Shown: positions 12,694 to 25,229, counted from the stretch's first letter. The stretch is DNA of 64,000 bases from an uncultured Dechloromonas sp. (GCA_964498255.1 CAZCGW010000010.1:2927-66926), one strand, 5' to 3'. Program-made: numbers and translations. Notes: generated by a model not told the origin, from the sequence alone.

Positions 12694-13881
12694 ATGTTTG
12701 AAATTATCGAGAAAGAATCCAACGGCACAATCATCAAAGTGATCGGTGTGGGTGGTGCAGGTGGCAATGCCATCGACCACATGATTCGCGAGAACGTGCA
12801 CGGCGTGCAGTTCATCGCAGCCAATACCGATGCGCAAGCGCTGAACAACAGCCTGGCCGGTCATCGTATGCAACTGGGTGGTTCGGGTCTGGGTGCTGGT
12901 GCCAAGCCAGCCGCAGGTCGTGCAGCTGCTGAAGAGCAACGTGAACAGATCAAAGAGTCGCTGCGTGGTGCACACATGGTATTCATTACGGCCGGTATGG
13001 GTGGTGGTACGGGTACTGGTGCGGCACCCATCGTGGCTGAAGTTGCACGCGAACTGGGTATCCTCAGCGTTGCTGTGGTCACCAAGCCATTCATGTTCGA
13101 AGGTAAGCGCATGAAAGCCGCTGAAGCTGGCATCGCCGAGCTGGAGCAGCATGTAGATTCGCTGATCGTTATTCTGAACGATCGCCTGATGGATGTGCTG
13201 GGTGACGATGCTGAAATGGAAGCCTGCTTCCAGGCTGCAGACGATGTGCTGCGTAACGCTGTGGGTGGTATCGCCGAAATCATTACCCTCAAGGGTCTGG
13301 TTAACGTTGACTTCGAAGACGTTCGCACCGTTATGGGCGCCATGGGTCGTGCCATGATGGGTTCGGCCGCTGCTGAAGGTATGGATCGTGCACGCCTGGC
13401 TGCCGAGCAAGCCGTTGCCTGCCCGCTGCTGGAAGGTGTTGAACTGTCGGGTGCCAAGGGCGTGCTGGTGAACATCACCGCCTCCAAGTCGCTCAAGATG
13501 CGTGAAGTCAACGAAGTCATGGCCACCATTGGTGACCACGTGTCGGACGAAGCTGAAATCATCTTCGGTGCCGTGTTTGACGAAAGCATGGGCGACCAGA
13601 TGCGTGTGACTGTTGTTGCCACCGGTCTGGAAGACGTGAAGGCGCGTGGCGTGAAGAGCACCCGCGAAACATTGACCGTGATCGAGCCGCTACGTGCTAC
13701 TGGTACCGGCGATGCCACACCGTTTGGTGATTTCAGCCAGTACGATCTGCCACCCGGCATGCGTTCGGCACGTCAGGCCGCTGTAACACCTGCTGCCAGC
13801 AACCTGAAGGTTGAAGCCTTTGTGTCGCAGGGTGTAGATCACTACGACATTCCAGCCTTCCTGCGTAAGCAGGCTGACTGA
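12694..13881 (+). CDS. ftsZ: Cell division GTPase FtsZ
   Basis: GVGGAGGNA, tubulin signature AGMGGGTGTG, NVDFEDV, C-terminal DIPAFLRKQAD; RBS ggagg. Confidence 0.99.
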   Translation: MFEIIEKESNGTIIKVIGVGGAGGNAIDHMIRENVHGVQFIAANTDAQALNNSLAGHRMQLGGSGLGAGAKPAAGRAAAEEQREQIKESLRGAHMVFITAGMGGGTGTGAAPIVAEVARELGILSVAVVTKPFMFEGKRMKAAEAGIAELEQHVDSLIVILNDRLMDVLGDDAEMEACFQAADDVLRNAVGGIAEIITLKGLVNVDFEDVRTVMGAMGRAMMGSAAAEGMDRARLAAEQAVACPLLEGVELSGAKGVLVNITASKSLKMREVNEVMATIGDHVSDEAEIIFGAVFDESMGDQMRVTVVATGLEDVKARGVKSTRETLTVIEPLRATGTGDATPFGDFSQYDLPPGMRSARQAAVTPAASNLKVEAFVSQGVDHYDIPAFLRKQAD

Positions 13882-14079
13882 TTGCCTGAGTCTGTTCCAG
13901 ATAAGCTGAATCCGTTGCGGCGCCCTGCGCAGGCGCTGCAAAAATATCGGTTAACTGGTTGAAGTATAAGCAGTAATTGTTTTGCCTCCGTTGGGAAGGC
14001 CCCGTGACTGTGCTAGAATCGGCCGGTCAGGGGGCTCCGTCCCTCTAAAGAAATCGGCTGTTAAAGCGCGTCGCACACT

Positions 14080-15015
14080 ATGTCTAAAATGCTCTGTCAA
14101 CGTACTGTCAAATCCGTCATCCGCGCCAGTGGCGTGGGTTTGCACTCGGGTAAAAAAGTCACGCTGACCCTGCGTCCAGCGGCGCCTGATACCGGCATCA
14201 TGTTCCGCCGCGTTGATTTGGAAACCCCGGTTGATATCAAGGCCAGCGCCTTAACCGTGGGCGATACGCGTATGTGCTCCTGTCTGGATGTGGATGGTGT
14301 CCGCATCGGCACGGTTGAGCATCTCATGTCGGCGCTCTGTGGGCTGGGTATCGATAACGTCTGGATTGATCTGGATGCGGCTGAAGTGCCCATTCTCGAT
14401 GGTTCGTCATCGCCTTTCGTATTTCTGATCCAGTCAGCAGGTATTAGCGAGCAGAATGTGCCCAAGCGTTTTCTGCGTATCAAGAAACCCGTCGAAGTAT
14501 GTGAAGGCGATAAGATCGCCCGACTTGCGCCGTACGCTGGTTTCAAACTGAATTTCTCGATCGTTTTTAATCACCCGGCGATTGACCGCACTGGTCAGCA
14601 GGTGAGCTTTGATTTTGCCGATCAGGGTTACACGCGTGACATCGCCCGTGCCCGTACCTTTGGCTTTACCCAGGAAGTCGAATTCCTGCGCGAAAACGGT
14701 CTTGCTCTCGGTGGTGGTCTGGAAAATGCCGTCGTGCTGGATGAGTACCGCATCCTCAATGCCGATGGCCTGCGTTACAACGATGAGTTCGTAAAGCACA
14801 AAGTGCTGGATGCCATTGGCGATCTGTATCTGATCGGTCATCCGATCATCGGTGAATTTACGGCGCATAAATCCGGTCACGACCTGAACAACAAACTGGC
14901 GCGTGCCGTGCTGGCTGATGCCGAATCTTACGAGATTGTGTCCTTTGTGCCGCCGGAAGAGGCGCCTGCCGGCGTTACGCGCTGGATGCAGCAGGCTTAC
15001 GCGCTGACCGCCTAA
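14080..15015 (+). CDS. lpxC: UDP-3-O-acyl-GlcNAc deacetylase
   Basis: [25 protein letters not shown] and [10 protein letters not shown]. Confidence 0.98.
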   Translation: MSKMLCQRTVKSVIRASGVGLHSGKKVTLTLRPAAPDTGIMFRRVDLETPVDIKASALTVGDTRMCSCLDVDGVRIGTVEHLMSALCGLGIDNVWIDLDAAEVPILDGSSSPFVFLIQSAGISEQNVPKRFLRIKKPVEVCEGDKIARLAPYAGFKLNFSIVFNHPAIDRTGQQVSFDFADQGYTRDIARARTFGFTQEVEFLRENGLALGGGLENAVVLDEYRILNADGLRYNDEFVKHKVLDAIGDLYLIGHPIIGEFTAHKSGHDLNNKLARAVLADAESYEIVSFVPPEEAPAGVTRWMQQAYALTA

Positions 15016-15519
15016 TTAATCTGTCTTGGCAGACTGCCGCAGTTTTGCCAGAGCGGCTTTCAAGCCTTCATCACTGATTTCATTTTCCAGAGCGCTCAAT
15101 GCTTCGGCAGCGCCTGCTGATAGCGGGTCGCGGTGAAATGGCGTTGTCTCTTTGTCTGCCGGTAAGCCGGGGCGCACCCGCACTTCCAACGCGCTGCAAG
15201 CAAAACCCGCTTGCCGCCAGCCGTTGATCAGGCTGGGGCCCATCTGGCGTAGCCGCGCCCCCAGGCTGGGGTGATTGCAGAGCACGCTGATCGTATCTCC
15301 GCTCAGATTGGCAACCCGGCAGCTTTTGCCCATGGCGGGTGGCAGCGTTTTCGCCAAGACGTCCTGCAGGGTTTGCAGCGTGCGGGCGTGCTGCATTAGG
15401 CCGCCCAGTGTGGCCGTTGCCGCTTCCTGGCTGCGCGCAGCGCCGCCATATTCCAGCACATCGGAAAGGGCGCGGAAGCTGCGGTTACGGGAGTTGCTGC
15501 GGGTTGGGTACATAACCAT
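15016..15519 (-). CDS. DciA/DUF721-family protein
   Basis: Position between lpxC and secA on the opposite strand; the ARLRQ...L pattern fits this family; start codon uncertain. Confidence 0.72.
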   Translation of the reverse strand: MVMYPTRSNSRNRSFRALSDVLEYGGAARSQEAATATLGGLMQHARTLQTLQDVLAKTLPPAMGKSCRVANLSGDTISVLCNHPSLGARLRQMGPSLINGWRQAGFACSALEVRVRPGLPADKETTPFHRDPLSAGAAEALSALENEISDEGLKAALAKLRQSAKTD

Positions 15520-15575
15520 AGGTTAGCTGAAACGATGGTTTTTGTCAGGCAGAGAAGGGCTATGCCGTGATCAAA

Positions 15576-15759
15576 GGCGCCCTCATCGACTACGAAAAAC
15601 GTCGCAAATCGGGCTAACCTTTGAATCACGACATGCCCAGACCGTCTGATGGTCCCGAAACGACAAACCCAAAGCGGTCATGGGCGACATATGGATAGGG
15701 TCTGGTGCGATTTCGACGTTTTTCGTAGTCGATGAGCGCCGGGCTCAATCCATATGTCG
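15576..15759. repeat. Two interleaved inverted repeats in the dciA-secA divergent intergenic region
   Basis: Perfect 23-bp IR at 15582-15604/15714-15736 (extends with small indels to 15576-15611/15708-15740) plus a perfect 12-bp IR at 15685-15696/15748-15759. Confidence 0.9.
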
Positions 15760-15855
15760 TCAGTGCATAGCGAAATGAGCGGTCTAGGCCTATACGGCGC
15801 GGCCGGAGCAGGTGCCGCATGCTAAAATCGCGAGGATAATTTTTGGAACCTTCTC

Positions 15856-18549
15856 ATGATTTCTGGCCTGCTCAAAACGATCTTCGGTAGCCGTAACGAC
15901 CGACTGCTCAAAACCTATCGCAAACAGGTGGAGCGTATCAACGCCCATGAGCCAGCGATGGAAGCCCTCTCTGACGAGGCGCTGCAGGCCAAGACCGCAG
16001 AATTCCGCACCCGCCTGGCCGGTGGCGAAACGCTGGATGCATTGCTTCCCGAAGCTTTTGCCGTGGTTCGTGAAGCCAGTAAACGCGTGCTCGGTATGCG
16101 TCACTTTGATGTCCAGCTAGTTGGGGGCATGGTGCTGCATTACGGCAAGATCGCCGAAATGCGTACGGGCGAAGGTAAAACACTTGTTTCTACGCTGCCG
16201 GCATATTTAAATGCATTGGCCGGCAAAGGTGTTCACGTCGTTACCGTCAATGATTACCTGGCGCGTCGCGATGCCGAATGGATGGGTCGCCTGCACCGCT
16301 GGTTAGGTTTGGAAGTAGGTTGCAACCTGTCGCAGATGTCGTCGGTTGAAAAGCGAGAAGCCTACGCTAGCGATATCACCTATGGTACGAACAACGAATT
16401 CGGATTCGATTACTTGCGCGACAACATGGTCTACGACGTGCAGGATCGTGTGCAGCGAAAACTGCACTACGCCATCGTCGATGAAGTCGACTCGATCCTC
16501 ATTGACGAAGCCCGCACGCCGCTGATCATTTCCGGTCAGGCCGAAGATCACACCGAACTCTACGTGCGCATGAATGCGCTGGCGCCACAACTCACACGTT
16601 GCCAGGAAGAAAATGGACCAGGTGATTTCTGGGTCGATGAAAAAGCCAATCAGATCCTGCTCACCGAAGAAGGCCACGAAAGTGCCGAGCGTATTCTGGT
16701 GCATGCCGGCTTGCTGGCCGAAGGTCATAGCCTGTACGAAGCCGGCAACATCCTTCTGATGCATCACCTGACCACCGCGTTGCGTGCCAACAACCTGTTC
16801 CATCTGGATCAGCATTACGTTGTGCAGAATGATGAAGTAGTGATCGTGGATGAATTCACGGGTCGCCTCATGAGTGGTCGTCGCTGGTCCGATGGTCTGC
16901 ATCAAGCCGTTGAGGCCAAGGAAGGGGTTGCCATCCAGCACGAGAATCAGACGCTGGCATCCATTACCTTCCAGAATTACTTCCGCATGTACGGCAAGCT
17001 CTCCGGCATGACCGGTACGGCTGATACCGAAGCCTATGAGTTCCAGCAGATTTATGGTCTGGAAACCGTGGTGATTCCAACGCATCGTCCGGCAGTGCGT
17101 AAGGACATGCAGGATCAGATCTATCGTACGGAACATGAGAAGTACAACGCTATCGTGGCCGATATCCGCAATCAGCATGAAGCGGGTCGTCCGATTCTGG
17201 TGGGTACCACCTCGATTGAGAACTCCGAACTGCTATCGGCGCTGCTCACGCGTGAAAAGCTGGAACACCAGGTGCTCAATGCCAAGCAGCACGAACGCGA
17301 AGCCGAGATCGTTGCGCAGGCCGGTAAGCCAGGTGTCATTACCATTGCGACCAATATGGCCGGCCGTGGTACCGATATCGTGCTGGGCGGCAATGTGGGT
17401 AAAGAAGTCGATGCCGTGAATGCAGATGAATCGCTATCTGCTGCAGATAAAGAAACGAAGGTTGCCGCGCTGCGCGCCGAATGGCAGAAAGTGCATGATG
17501 CCGTGATCGCTGCCGGTGGTTTGCATATTATCGGCTCCGAGCGCCATGAATCGCGTCGTATCGATAACCAGCTGCGTGGCCGCGCTGGTCGCCAGGGCGA
17601 TGCAGGTAGCTCGCGTTTCTTCCTCTCGCTGGATGATTCACTGCTGCGCATTTTTGCCGGTGATCGCATCAAGTCAATTATGGATCGCCTCAAGATGCCG
17701 GAAGGCGAGCCGATCGAGCATGCCATCGTCACGCGCTCGCTGGAATCGGCGCAGCGTAAGGTAGAAGGTCGTAACTTCGACATCCGCAAACAACTGCTGG
17801 AATACGACAACGTCGCCAACGATCAGCGTCGTGTGATTTACACGCAACGTAATGAACTGCTGGAAACCGCTGAAATCAGCGCCACCATGACGGCATTGCG
17901 TCATGGTCTGCTGGAAGAAGTGTTCCGCACCTATGTGCCGGAAGGCTCGATTGATGAGCAGTGGGATTTGCCGGGTCTGGAGGCGATGCTGGAAGCGGAG
18001 TATCAGCTGCGTGTGCCATTGGCTGAAATCGCCCAGGGTGCCGATACGCCGGATGACGAAGCGTTGCTGGCACGCCTGATTGCCGCGGCAGATGAGGTCT
18101 ATGATGCCAAGGTAGGGCTGGTCGGCGCCGAAGGCTTTAGTGGTTTCGAGCGTAGCGTCATGCTGCAGAGCCTGGATTCGCATTGGCGTGAGCATCTCTC
18201 GGCGCTGGATCATCTGCGTCAGGGCATCCATCTGCGCGGCTATGCGCAGAAAGATCCGAAGCAGGAATACAAGCGCGAGGCCTTTGAGCTCTTTGACAAC
18301 CTGCTCAGCGCGGTGCGCCGTGAAGTCACACGCGTGCTGATGACGGTGCGCATTGGCTCCGCTGAAGAGATCGATGCCGCCGCTGCTGAGGCAGAGGCAC
18401 CGACCAATCTGGCATACAACCACATTGAGCCCGGCGTGTTTGTCGATCAGGAAGGCAACCCTTACGATCCGGAAACCATTAACCGCAATGCGCCATGCCC
18501 TTGCGGCTCCGGTTACAAGTTCAAGTTCTGTCACGGAAGAGTCGAGTAA
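15856..18549 (+). CDS. secA: Preprotein translocase subunit SecA
   Basis: [33 protein letters not shown] and a C-terminal SEC-C motif [13 protein letters not shown]. Confidence 0.99.
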   Translation: MISGLLKTIFGSRNDRLLKTYRKQVERINAHEPAMEALSDEALQAKTAEFRTRLAGGETLDALLPEAFAVVREASKRVLGMRHFDVQLVGGMVLHYGKIAEMRTGEGKTLVSTLPAYLNALAGKGVHVVTVNDYLARRDAEWMGRLHRWLGLEVGCNLSQMSSVEKREAYASDITYGTNNEFGFDYLRDNMVYDVQDRVQRKLHYAIVDEVDSILIDEARTPLIISGQAEDHTELYVRMNALAPQLTRCQEENGPGDFWVDEKANQILLTEEGHESAERILVHAGLLAEGHSLYEAGNILLMHHLTTALRANNLFHLDQHYVVQNDEVVIVDEFTGRLMSGRRWSDGLHQAVEAKEGVAIQHENQTLASITFQNYFRMYGKLSGMTGTADTEAYEFQQIYGLETVVIPTHRPAVRKDMQDQIYRTEHEKYNAIVADIRNQHEAGRPILVGTTSIENSELLSALLTREKLEHQVLNAKQHEREAEIVAQAGKPGVITIATNMAGRGTDIVLGGNVGKEVDAVNADESLSAADKETKVAALRAEWQKVHDAVIAAGGLHIIGSERHESRRIDNQLRGRAGRQGDAGSSRFFLSLDDSLLRIFAGDRIKSIMDRLKMPEGEPIEHAIVTRSLESAQRKVEGRNFDIRKQLLEYDNVANDQRRVIYTQRNELLETAEISATMTALRHGLLEEVFRTYVPEGSIDEQWDLPGLEAMLEAEYQLRVPLAEIAQGADTPDDEALLARLIAAADEVYDAKVGLVGAEGFSGFERSVMLQSLDSHWREHLSALDHLRQGIHLRGYAQKDPKQEYKREAFELFDNLLSAVRREVTRVLMTVRIGSAEEIDAAAAEAEAPTNLAYNHIEPGVFVDQEGNPYDPETINRNAPCPCGSGYKFKFCHGRVE

Positions 18550-19793
18550 TGCCCGTTAACTATCAGACGCCAGCACCTGAAGCCTTGCATCCTGTGGCAG
18601 GCATCCGTCTGGGTGTTGCAGCCGCCGGTATTCGCAAGAAAGATCGTAAAGATCTGACAGTCATCGCTGTGGATTCAGGCGCCAGCGTGGCCGGTGTATT
18701 TACGCAGAACCGTTTTTGCGCAGCACCGGTACAGGTCTGTCGTGCGCATCTGGCCGAACATGGCAACGCCGAGCTGCGTGCGCTGGTGGTCAACACCGGT
18801 ATCGCCAATGCAGGTACGGGTGAACAAGGCCTCGCTGCATCCAACGCCACCTGCGAAACGCTCGCTGCATTACTTAACGTGAGTGCCAGTCAGATTCTGC
18901 CGTTCTCTACCGGTGTGATTCTCGAGCCGTTGCCCGTCGATAAACTGGTGGCCGGTCTGCCAGCCGCCATTGCCGATTTGGCTGAGAATCACTGGCATGC
19001 TGCCGCGCACGCCATCATGACCACAGACACCGTGGCCAAGGCTGCGTCACGTCAGTTAAACATTGCGGGTAAAACGATTACGCTCACTGGCATCTCGAAA
19101 GGTGCCGGCATGATCAAGCCGAATATGGCCACCATGCTGGGCTTTATGGGTACCGATGCCGGTGTTGCGCCAAAACTGCTGGCCGCGACACTGCAGGCGG
19201 TTGCCGATGAATCCTTCAACGCCATCACCGTCGATGGCGATACGTCGACAAACGATTCTTTTGTCGCCATTGCGACGGGCAAATCTGGCCTGCAATTCGT
19301 TACGGGTCAGGAAGCCGGTTGGGCTGAATTCGTTGCCGCTTTTAAAGCGTTAGCCCAAGAGTTGGCGCAAGCCATCGTGCGCGATGGCGAAGGCGCCACC
19401 AAGCTCATTACGGTTGCCGTCAGTGGTGGCAAAACCCGTGAAGAATGCCGCGCCGTTGCTTATGCCGTGGGCCATTCACCGCTTGTTAAAACGGCGTTTT
19501 TTGCCTCGGATCCTAACCTAGGCCGTATTCTGGCAGCAATCGGTTATGCCGGTATCACCGATCTGGATGTCGACAACATCCGCGTCTGGCTTTCCAGCCA
19601 GGCAGGCGAAACGCTGGTCGCGGAACGTGGCGGCCGTGCCGCTGCCTATACTGAAGACCAGGGTGCCGCCATCATGGCCGATGCCGAAATCACCGTACGC
19701 ATCGATCTGGCGCGCGGCAATGCCCAGGCCACAGTGTGGACCTGCGATCTGTCTTACGATTACGTCAAAATCAACGCCGACTACCGCAGTTAA
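18549..19793 (+). CDS. argJ: Bifunctional ornithine acetyltransferase/N-acetylglutamate synthase
   Basis: [14 protein letters not shown] autoproteolysis site, DGDTSTND and VRDGEGATK; start overlaps the secA stop. Confidence 0.97.
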   Translation: MPVNYQTPAPEALHPVAGIRLGVAAAGIRKKDRKDLTVIAVDSGASVAGVFTQNRFCAAPVQVCRAHLAEHGNAELRALVVNTGIANAGTGEQGLAASNATCETLAALLNVSASQILPFSTGVILEPLPVDKLVAGLPAAIADLAENHWHAAAHAIMTTDTVAKAASRQLNIAGKTITLTGISKGAGMIKPNMATMLGFMGTDAGVAPKLLAATLQAVADESFNAITVDGDTSTNDSFVAIATGKSGLQFVTGQEAGWAEFVAAFKALAQELAQAIVRDGEGATKLITVAVSGGKTREECRAVAYAVGHSPLVKTAFFASDPNLGRILAAIGYAGITDLDVDNIRVWLSSQAGETLVAERGGRAAAYTEDQGAAIMADAEITVRIDLARGNAQATVWTCDLSYDYVKINADYRS

Positions 19794-19822
19794 TTCATCA
19801 CCGTCATTTGAAAGTGCCTGCC

Positions 19823-20494
19823 ATGTACACAATCGCGCCCAGCATTCTTTCTGCCGACTTTGCCCGTCTGGGTGAAGAGGTGCGCAATGTGATTGAGGCG
19901 GGCGCGGACTGGATTCACTTTGACGTGATGGATAACCATTACGTGCCCAATCTGACGATTGGCCCAATGGTGTGCGAGGCCATTCGTCCGCATACCAAAG
20001 CACCGATTGATGTGCACCTGATGGTGTCGCCAGTCGATAGCCTGATTGAGTCTTTTGCCAAAGCCGGTGCAGACTGGATCAGCTTCCATCCGGAAGCTTC
20101 GGCGCATGTGGATCGCTCTTTGGCCCTCATCCGCTCGGCCGGTTGTAAAGCTGGCCTGGTGTTGAACCCGGCCACGCCGATTGATTGTCTGGATTGGGTG
20201 ATGGATCGACTGGATCTGGTATTGCTCATGTCAGTGAACCCGGGTTTTGGTGGTCAGGCATTTATTCCGGCTACGCTCGATAAGCTCAAGGCTGTGCGCG
20301 CCAAGATTGATGCCTACACGGCTAAAACCGGTCGCCAGATCAAACTGGAAATCGATGGTGGTATCAAGATCGATAACATTGCCGAAGTCGCACGCGCAGG
20401 TGCTGATACCTTCGTAGCAGGCTCGGCGATTTTTAATACGGCAGACTACGCAGCAACCATTGCCGCCATGCGCGCGCAGTTGGCAAAGGCCTAA
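19823..20494 (+). CDS. rpe: Ribulose-phosphate 3-epimerase
   Basis: [32 protein letters not shown] and EIDGG. Confidence 0.98.
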   Translation: MYTIAPSILSADFARLGEEVRNVIEAGADWIHFDVMDNHYVPNLTIGPMVCEAIRPHTKAPIDVHLMVSPVDSLIESFAKAGADWISFHPEASAHVDRSLALIRSAGCKAGLVLNPATPIDCLDWVMDRLDLVLLMSVNPGFGGQAFIPATLDKLKAVRAKIDAYTAKTGRQIKLEIDGGIKIDNIAEVARAGADTFVAGSAIFNTADYAATIAAMRAQLAKA

Positions 20495-20496
20495 TC

Positions 20497-21198
20497 ATGA
20501 CCGTATTGCCGGAGGCGCTGAGCACAGCGCGTAGCCTCACCATTGATCTGGACGGTACGCTGGTCGATACCGTGCTCGACCTGCATCAGGCCTGTAATGC
20601 CATGCTGGCAGAGTTGGGCCTGCCGGATCGTTCCGTAGAAGAAATTGGGCGCTTTATTGGCCGAGGCACCAATACCCTGGTACGCCGCTGTCTGACGGAT
20701 GACGCTACGGGAACATTGCCCAGTGAAGAACGTTTTGAACAAGGGTTGGCGGCCTACCTCAGGCACTACACCCGTATTAATGGCAGCCATGCCAAGGTGT
20801 ATCCCGGTGTCAAAGAGGGCTTGGCAGCCCTGCAGGCTGCGGGCTACCCCATGGCCGTGGTAACTAATAAGCCAGTTAAGTTTACCGTGCCTTTGCTTGA
20901 GGCCACCGGCCTGGCCCCGTATTTCAAAGCGGTGATTGGGGGTGATTCCACACCGCACAAGAAGCCAGCCCCGGATCCGATTGTTTGCGCCTGTGTTGAA
21001 ATGGACGTGTCGCTGACGCATAACATTCACGTCGGCGATTCGGGTAATGACATACAAGCTGCACAGGCTGCGGGTTGTGCTGCAGTGGGCGTGACCTACG
21101 GCTATGCCGAAGGCTATCCGATCAAGACAGAAGACTGTGATGCCCTGGTAGCGGGGCTGGATGAACTGGCTAGCCTCCTGCCGGTTTTGGCACACTGA
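20497..21198 (+). CDS. gph: Phosphoglycolate phosphatase (HAD family)
   Basis: [20 protein letters not shown] and VGDS; typical rpe-gph-trpE order. Confidence 0.9.
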   Translation: MTVLPEALSTARSLTIDLDGTLVDTVLDLHQACNAMLAELGLPDRSVEEIGRFIGRGTNTLVRRCLTDDATGTLPSEERFEQGLAAYLRHYTRINGSHAKVYPGVKEGLAALQAAGYPMAVVTNKPVKFTVPLLEATGLAPYFKAVIGGDSTPHKKPAPDPIVCACVEMDVSLTHNIHVGDSGNDIQAAQAAGCAAVGVTYGYAEGYPIKTEDCDALVAGLDELASLLPVLAH

Positions 21199-21202
21199 GA
21201 AC

Positions 21203-22759
21203 ATGATGAACACCTCACACGCGCACCATCCGCTTTGTGTAACAGATCCGGGCGCAGCCTCAGCGTTTCAGCGTCTTGCGGCTGAAGGCTACAACCGCAT
21301 CCCCGTAACGCTGGAAACGCTGGCCGATCTCGAAACACCGCTCTCGCTCTACCTCAAACTGGCGAATGCGCCATACACCTTTCTATTTGAATCGGTGCAG
21401 GGCGGGGAGCGCTTTGGCCGCTACTCTTTCATCGGGTTGCCAGCCAATACCCGTTTAACCGTGCGTGGGCATGAGCTTACGCGCGTGCACAATGGTCAGA
21501 TCGTTGAATCTAAAACCTCAGCTGATCCGCTGGCCGATATTGCGGCCTACCAGGCCAGCTTCAAAGTGCCGCATCAACCGCACCTGCCACGGTTTTGCGG
21601 TGGCTTGGTCGGTGTGTTCGGTTACGATACCGTGCGCTATATCGAGCCGCGTCTGGCTAAGAACAGCCATCCGGATCCGCTCGGCACCCCCGATATTCTT
21701 TTGATGCTGGTAGAAACGCTGGCCATTGTCGACAACCTTTCGGGCAAGCTTACGCTGGTTCATTATGCAGACCCGACACAGCCGAATGCTTTTGAAAGTG
21801 CGCGCGAACTGCTCGAAGGCTTGCAGCAACGACTGCATGCGCCCGCGGTAGCGCCAGAAGTGGGGCCGGCTAAGGTGGATACCCAAGCGCCAGTCTCCAT
21901 GTTCGGTGAAGATGCGTTCAAGGCCGCCGTACTGAAAGCCAAGGATTACATCACCGAGGGTGATGTTATGCAGGTGGTGCTGTCGCAACGCATGCAGAAG
22001 CCTTTCCACGCGCATCCGCTGTCGCTCTATCGCACGCTGCGCGCGTTGAATCCGTCGCCCTACATGTTCTATGTCGATGCGGGGGATTTCCATGTTGTCG
22101 GTTCTTCGCCAGAAATTCTGGTCCGTCTGGAAAACGAGGCTGAAGGGCAAGCGCCCAAGATCACGTTGCGTCCTATTGCCGGCACGCGCCCGCGTGGTGC
22201 CACACCTGAAGCCGATGCCGCCTTGGCGGCTGATCTACTCGCCGATGAAAAAGAGTGTGCCGAACATACCCAGCTGCTGGATCTAGGCCGCAATGATGTG
22301 GGTCGCGTCGCTCGAACCGGTAGCGTCAAACTCACAGACCGCATGGTGATTGAGCGCTATTCCCACGTGATGCATATCGTCTCGAATGTCGAAGGTGATC
22401 TGCAGCCGAATCTGAGTGCGATGGATGTGCTCAAAGCCACGTTCCCGGCAGGCACGGTTTCCGGCGCCCCCAAAGTACGCGCCATGGAAATCATCGACGA
22501 GCTAGAACCGGTTAAGCGTGGTGTATACGCCGGTTCAGTGGGCTATCTGGGTTTTAGCGGGGATATGGATCTGGCCATTGCCATTCGTACTGCCGTGATA
22601 AAAGACGGTGTTTTGAATGTGCAGGCCGGTGCCGGTATTGTGGCCGACTCGAACCCGGATGCCGAATGGCAGGAAACGCAGAATAAAGCGCGTGCCGTCA
22701 TTCGTGCGGCCGAGCTGGCTGAAGCAGGTCTGGTGCCGCACATCAGCGTCGGCAAATAA
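21203..22759 (+). CDS. trpE: Anthranilate synthase component I
   Basis: [45 protein letters not shown] and [10 protein letters not shown]. Confidence 0.97.
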   Translation: MMNTSHAHHPLCVTDPGAASAFQRLAAEGYNRIPVTLETLADLETPLSLYLKLANAPYTFLFESVQGGERFGRYSFIGLPANTRLTVRGHELTRVHNGQIVESKTSADPLADIAAYQASFKVPHQPHLPRFCGGLVGVFGYDTVRYIEPRLAKNSHPDPLGTPDILLMLVETLAIVDNLSGKLTLVHYADPTQPNAFESARELLEGLQQRLHAPAVAPEVGPAKVDTQAPVSMFGEDAFKAAVLKAKDYITEGDVMQVVLSQRMQKPFHAHPLSLYRTLRALNPSPYMFYVDAGDFHVVGSSPEILVRLENEAEGQAPKITLRPIAGTRPRGATPEADAALAADLLADEKECAEHTQLLDLGRNDVGRVARTGSVKLTDRMVIERYSHVMHIVSNVEGDLQPNLSAMDVLKATFPAGTVSGAPKVRAMEIIDELEPVKRGVYAGSVGYLGFSGDMDLAIAIRTAVIKDGVLNVQAGAGIVADSNPDAEWQETQNKARAVIRAAELAEAGLVPHISVGK

Positions 22760-22778
22760 AACGCCACCGGTATAAAGC

Positions 22779-22806
22779 ACAAGGGCCTGCAATTGCAGGC
22801 CCTTGT
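22779..22806. terminator. Probable bidirectional terminator between convergent trpE and the phasin gene
   Basis: Perfect 28-bp palindrome acaagggcctgcaattgcaggcccttgt. Confidence 0.75.
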
Positions 22807-22825
22807 TATTCGTGCAGCGGGCTAA

Positions 22826-23374
22826 TTACTTAGCAGCTTTCTTGCCAGCAGCCTTAACAGCCGCGTTCGTTACGGTGTTAACGCCAGCTTCGGTCATGTC
22901 CGTAGCTTGCTTGGCCATCTTGTTCAGGTTGTCGAAAGCCGAGTTAGCGGCAGCAACAGCTTGCTTAACAGCAGCCATGGCTACATCAGAACCGTAAGGA
23001 GCCGACGAAGCAGTCTTGTGGGCCAGATCTTGAGCAGCCTTGTTCAGCTCGCCGAACTTGCCTTGAAACAGCTTGTTCATTTCTTCAGCGGCACCGGTCG
23101 AGATTTCGTAAACGCTACGCGAGTACGAAACAGCCTTCTCAACAGCTGGCTGAGCCAGTTGGGCTTGCAGGGCAGCGGCTTCTTGTGGGGTCTTGGCGCC
23201 GAGCAGGGTCTTAACGGTCTTGGCGTTGTCGGCAAAAGCTTCGCGTGCAGTGTGCAGGTTCAGCGCAGCCAGGCTTTCAGCAGTCGACAGGGCAGTTTGA
23301 GCAACCGACAGCAGCAGGTCGATATTGGCCTTGTTCGAGGCAAAAACTTGGTCCAGGTTCAGATTCGGGGTCAT
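22826..23374 (-). CDS. phaP: Phasin (PHA granule-associated protein)
   Basis: Ala-rich 182-aa helical protein with ESLAALNL, QPAVEKAVSYSRSVYEI and AP.GSDVA.AAVK, typical of betaproteobacterial phasins. Confidence 0.88.
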   Translation of the reverse strand: MTPNLNLDQVFASNKANIDLLLSVAQTALSTAESLAALNLHTAREAFADNAKTVKTLLGAKTPQEAAALQAQLAQPAVEKAVSYSRSVYEISTGAAEEMNKLFQGKFGELNKAAQDLAHKTASSAPYGSDVAMAAVKQAVAAANSAFDNLNKMAKQATDMTEAGVNTVTNAAVKAAGKKAAK

Positions 23375-23463
23375 GTGAGGCTCCTAAAAAGTGGGTATTT
23401 CTGTGGGTATCAAAGAAAAGGTAAAGCAGGAAATCTTTTAGCAGTGCAGGGCAAAAACGAGTT

Positions 23464-23512
23464 TTGTGCACCGCAACAATTCACAGTATAGGGGCTAAAT
23501 CCCCGAAGTCAA
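23464..23512 (-). promoter_or_regulatory. sigma70 promoter of phaP with a downstream PhaR-like box
   Basis: Minus strand TTGACT-N16-TATACT (23512-23485), followed by TGCGGTGCACAA (23475-23464), which fits the TGCRNYGCASMA motif I recall for rhizobial PhaR. Confidence 0.6.
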
Positions 23513-23601
23513 GGAAGCTTCTGCTTTTTATGTGGCGCGTTCTAGGCGAGAATGTCGTTTTTATTGCACCAACCCGTTAAACGGGCGCAAGGATTGCCGC
23601 A

Positions 23602-24183
23602 ATGCTCCTGATGATTGATAACTATGACAGCTTCACCTACAACCTGGTTCAGTACTTTGGTGAACTGGGGCAGGAGGTGAAGGTGATTCGCAACGACGCG
23701 ATTACCGTTGAAGAAATCGGCCGTCTGAAGCCGGACTATCTGGTGATCTCGCCGGGCCCCTGCGCACCAGCGCAAGCGGGCGTGTCGCTAGCGGCCATTA
23801 AAGAATATGCAGGCAAGATTCCGCTGCTGGGTGTTTGCCTCGGCCACCAGGCCATTGGAGAAGCCTTCGGCGGCAAGGTAGTGCATGCCAAGCAACTCAT
23901 GCACGGTAAAACGTCGCCGGTTTTTCATAAAGATGTCGGCGTGTTCAAAGGCCTGCCGAACCCCATTACCTGCACCCGCTATCACTCGCTGGCGGTTGAG
24001 CGTTCAACACTGCCAGATTGCCTGGAAGTCACAGCTGAAACCGAAGATGGCGAAATCATGGGCATGCGCCACAAAACCCTGGCGGTAGAGGGCGTGCAAT
24101 TTCATCCGGAGTCGATTCTTACCGAGCAGGGCCATCAGATGCTGGATAACTTCCTTAAAGAGCACCGGGAATTTAAGGCATGA
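23602..24183 (+). CDS. trpG: Anthranilate synthase component II (glutamine amidotransferase)
   Basis: [23 protein letters not shown] and GVQFHPES. Confidence 0.97.
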   Translation: MLLMIDNYDSFTYNLVQYFGELGQEVKVIRNDAITVEEIGRLKPDYLVISPGPCAPAQAGVSLAAIKEYAGKIPLLGVCLGHQAIGEAFGGKVVHAKQLMHGKTSPVFHKDVGVFKGLPNPITCTRYHSLAVERSTLPDCLEVTAETEDGEIMGMRHKTLAVEGVQFHPESILTEQGHQMLDNFLKEHREFKA

Positions 24184-25229
24184 GCACGGATATCATTTTT
24201 ACGCCCAAAGAGGCCTTGCAGCGCCTGATCGAACACCGCGAGATCTTTCATGAAGAAATGACCTCGCTCATGCGTCAGATCATGTCGGGTGACGTATCGC
24301 CCGTGATGATCGCCGGCATCTTGATTGGGCTGCGCGTTAAAAAAGAAAGCATCGAAGAAATTGCCGCAGCGGCAGCGGTGATGCGTGAATTTGCGACGCC
24401 CGTACCGGTGGCCGATGCAGAGCATCTGCTCGATATCGTTGGTACTGGCGGTGATGGCGCGCATACCTTTAATATTTCTACCACCGTCATGTTTGTGGCG
24501 GCTGCTGCAGGCGCCAAAGTGGCCAAGCATGGCGGGCGCTCGGTCTCCAGCCAATCCGGCAGCGCCGATGCGCTCGAAGCGCTGGGCGCCAAGCTGGATT
24601 TGAATCCGCAGCAGGTCGCACAGTGCATCGCGCAGTCTGGTATCGGTTTCATGTTTGCCCCCAACCACCACAGTGCCATGAAGCACGCGGCGCCGGTACG
24701 TAAAGAGCTGGGTGTGCGCACGCTCTTTAATATCCTCGGCCCGCTCACCAACCCGGCGGGCGCAGGTACGCAGTTGCTCGGTGTCTTCCATCCGGATCTG
24801 GTGGGTATTCTGGTGCGTGTACTGCAGCGCCTGGGTAGCCGGCGTGCACTGGTGGTGCACGGGGTGGATGGTCTCGATGAAGTGTCGTTATCGGGCCCAA
24901 CCCTGGTGGGTGAGCTTAAAGACGGTGAGATCCATGAATACCAGATCAAACCGGAAGACTTCGGTATCACTCCGGCGCCTATTAGCGCGCTGCAAGTGGC
25001 CAACCCGGCTGAATCCATTGCGCGCATGCAGGCTGTGCTGGCCAACGAACCGGGGCCTTCGCAGGATATCGTGCTCCTCAATGCCGGTGCCGCACTCTAC
25101 GCAGCCGGCCGTGTTGACAGCATCGCCAATGGCATTACTCAAGCCCGTGAGGCTATTGCCTCCGGTGCGGCGCTCAATAAACTCAACGAATTTGTCGCTT
25201 GTACGAACGCAAACGCGCAAGCGGCCTAA
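24180..25229 (+). CDS. trpD: Anthranilate phosphoribosyltransferase
   Basis: [24 protein letters not shown] and [13 protein letters not shown]. Confidence 0.98.
   Translation: MSTDIIFTPKEALQRLIEHREIFHEEMTSLMRQIMSGDVSPVMIAGILIGLRVKKESIEEIAAAAAVMREFATPVPVADAEHLLDIVGTGGDGAHTFNISTTVMFVAAAAGAKVAKHGGRSVSSQSGSADALEALGAKLDLNPQQVAQCIAQSGIGFMFAPNHHSAMKHAAPVRKELGVRTLFNILGPLTNPAGAGTQLLGVFHPDLVGILVRVLQRLGSRRALVVHGVDGLDEVSLSGPTLVGELKDGEIHEYQIKPEDFGITPAPISALQVANPAESIARMQAVLANEPGPSQDIVLLNAGAALYAAGRVDSIANGITQAREAIASGAALNKLNEFVACTNANAQAA

Noticed and set aside
13916-13940. Hairpin after ftsZ (tgcggcgcc...ggcgctgca)
   Set aside because: No U-tract in either orientation, so it cannot be supported as a terminator.
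15541-15820. Short ORFs on both strands containing ALIDYEKRR
   Set aside because: The shared peptide is simply the translation of the inverted repeat; there is no RBS or family motif.
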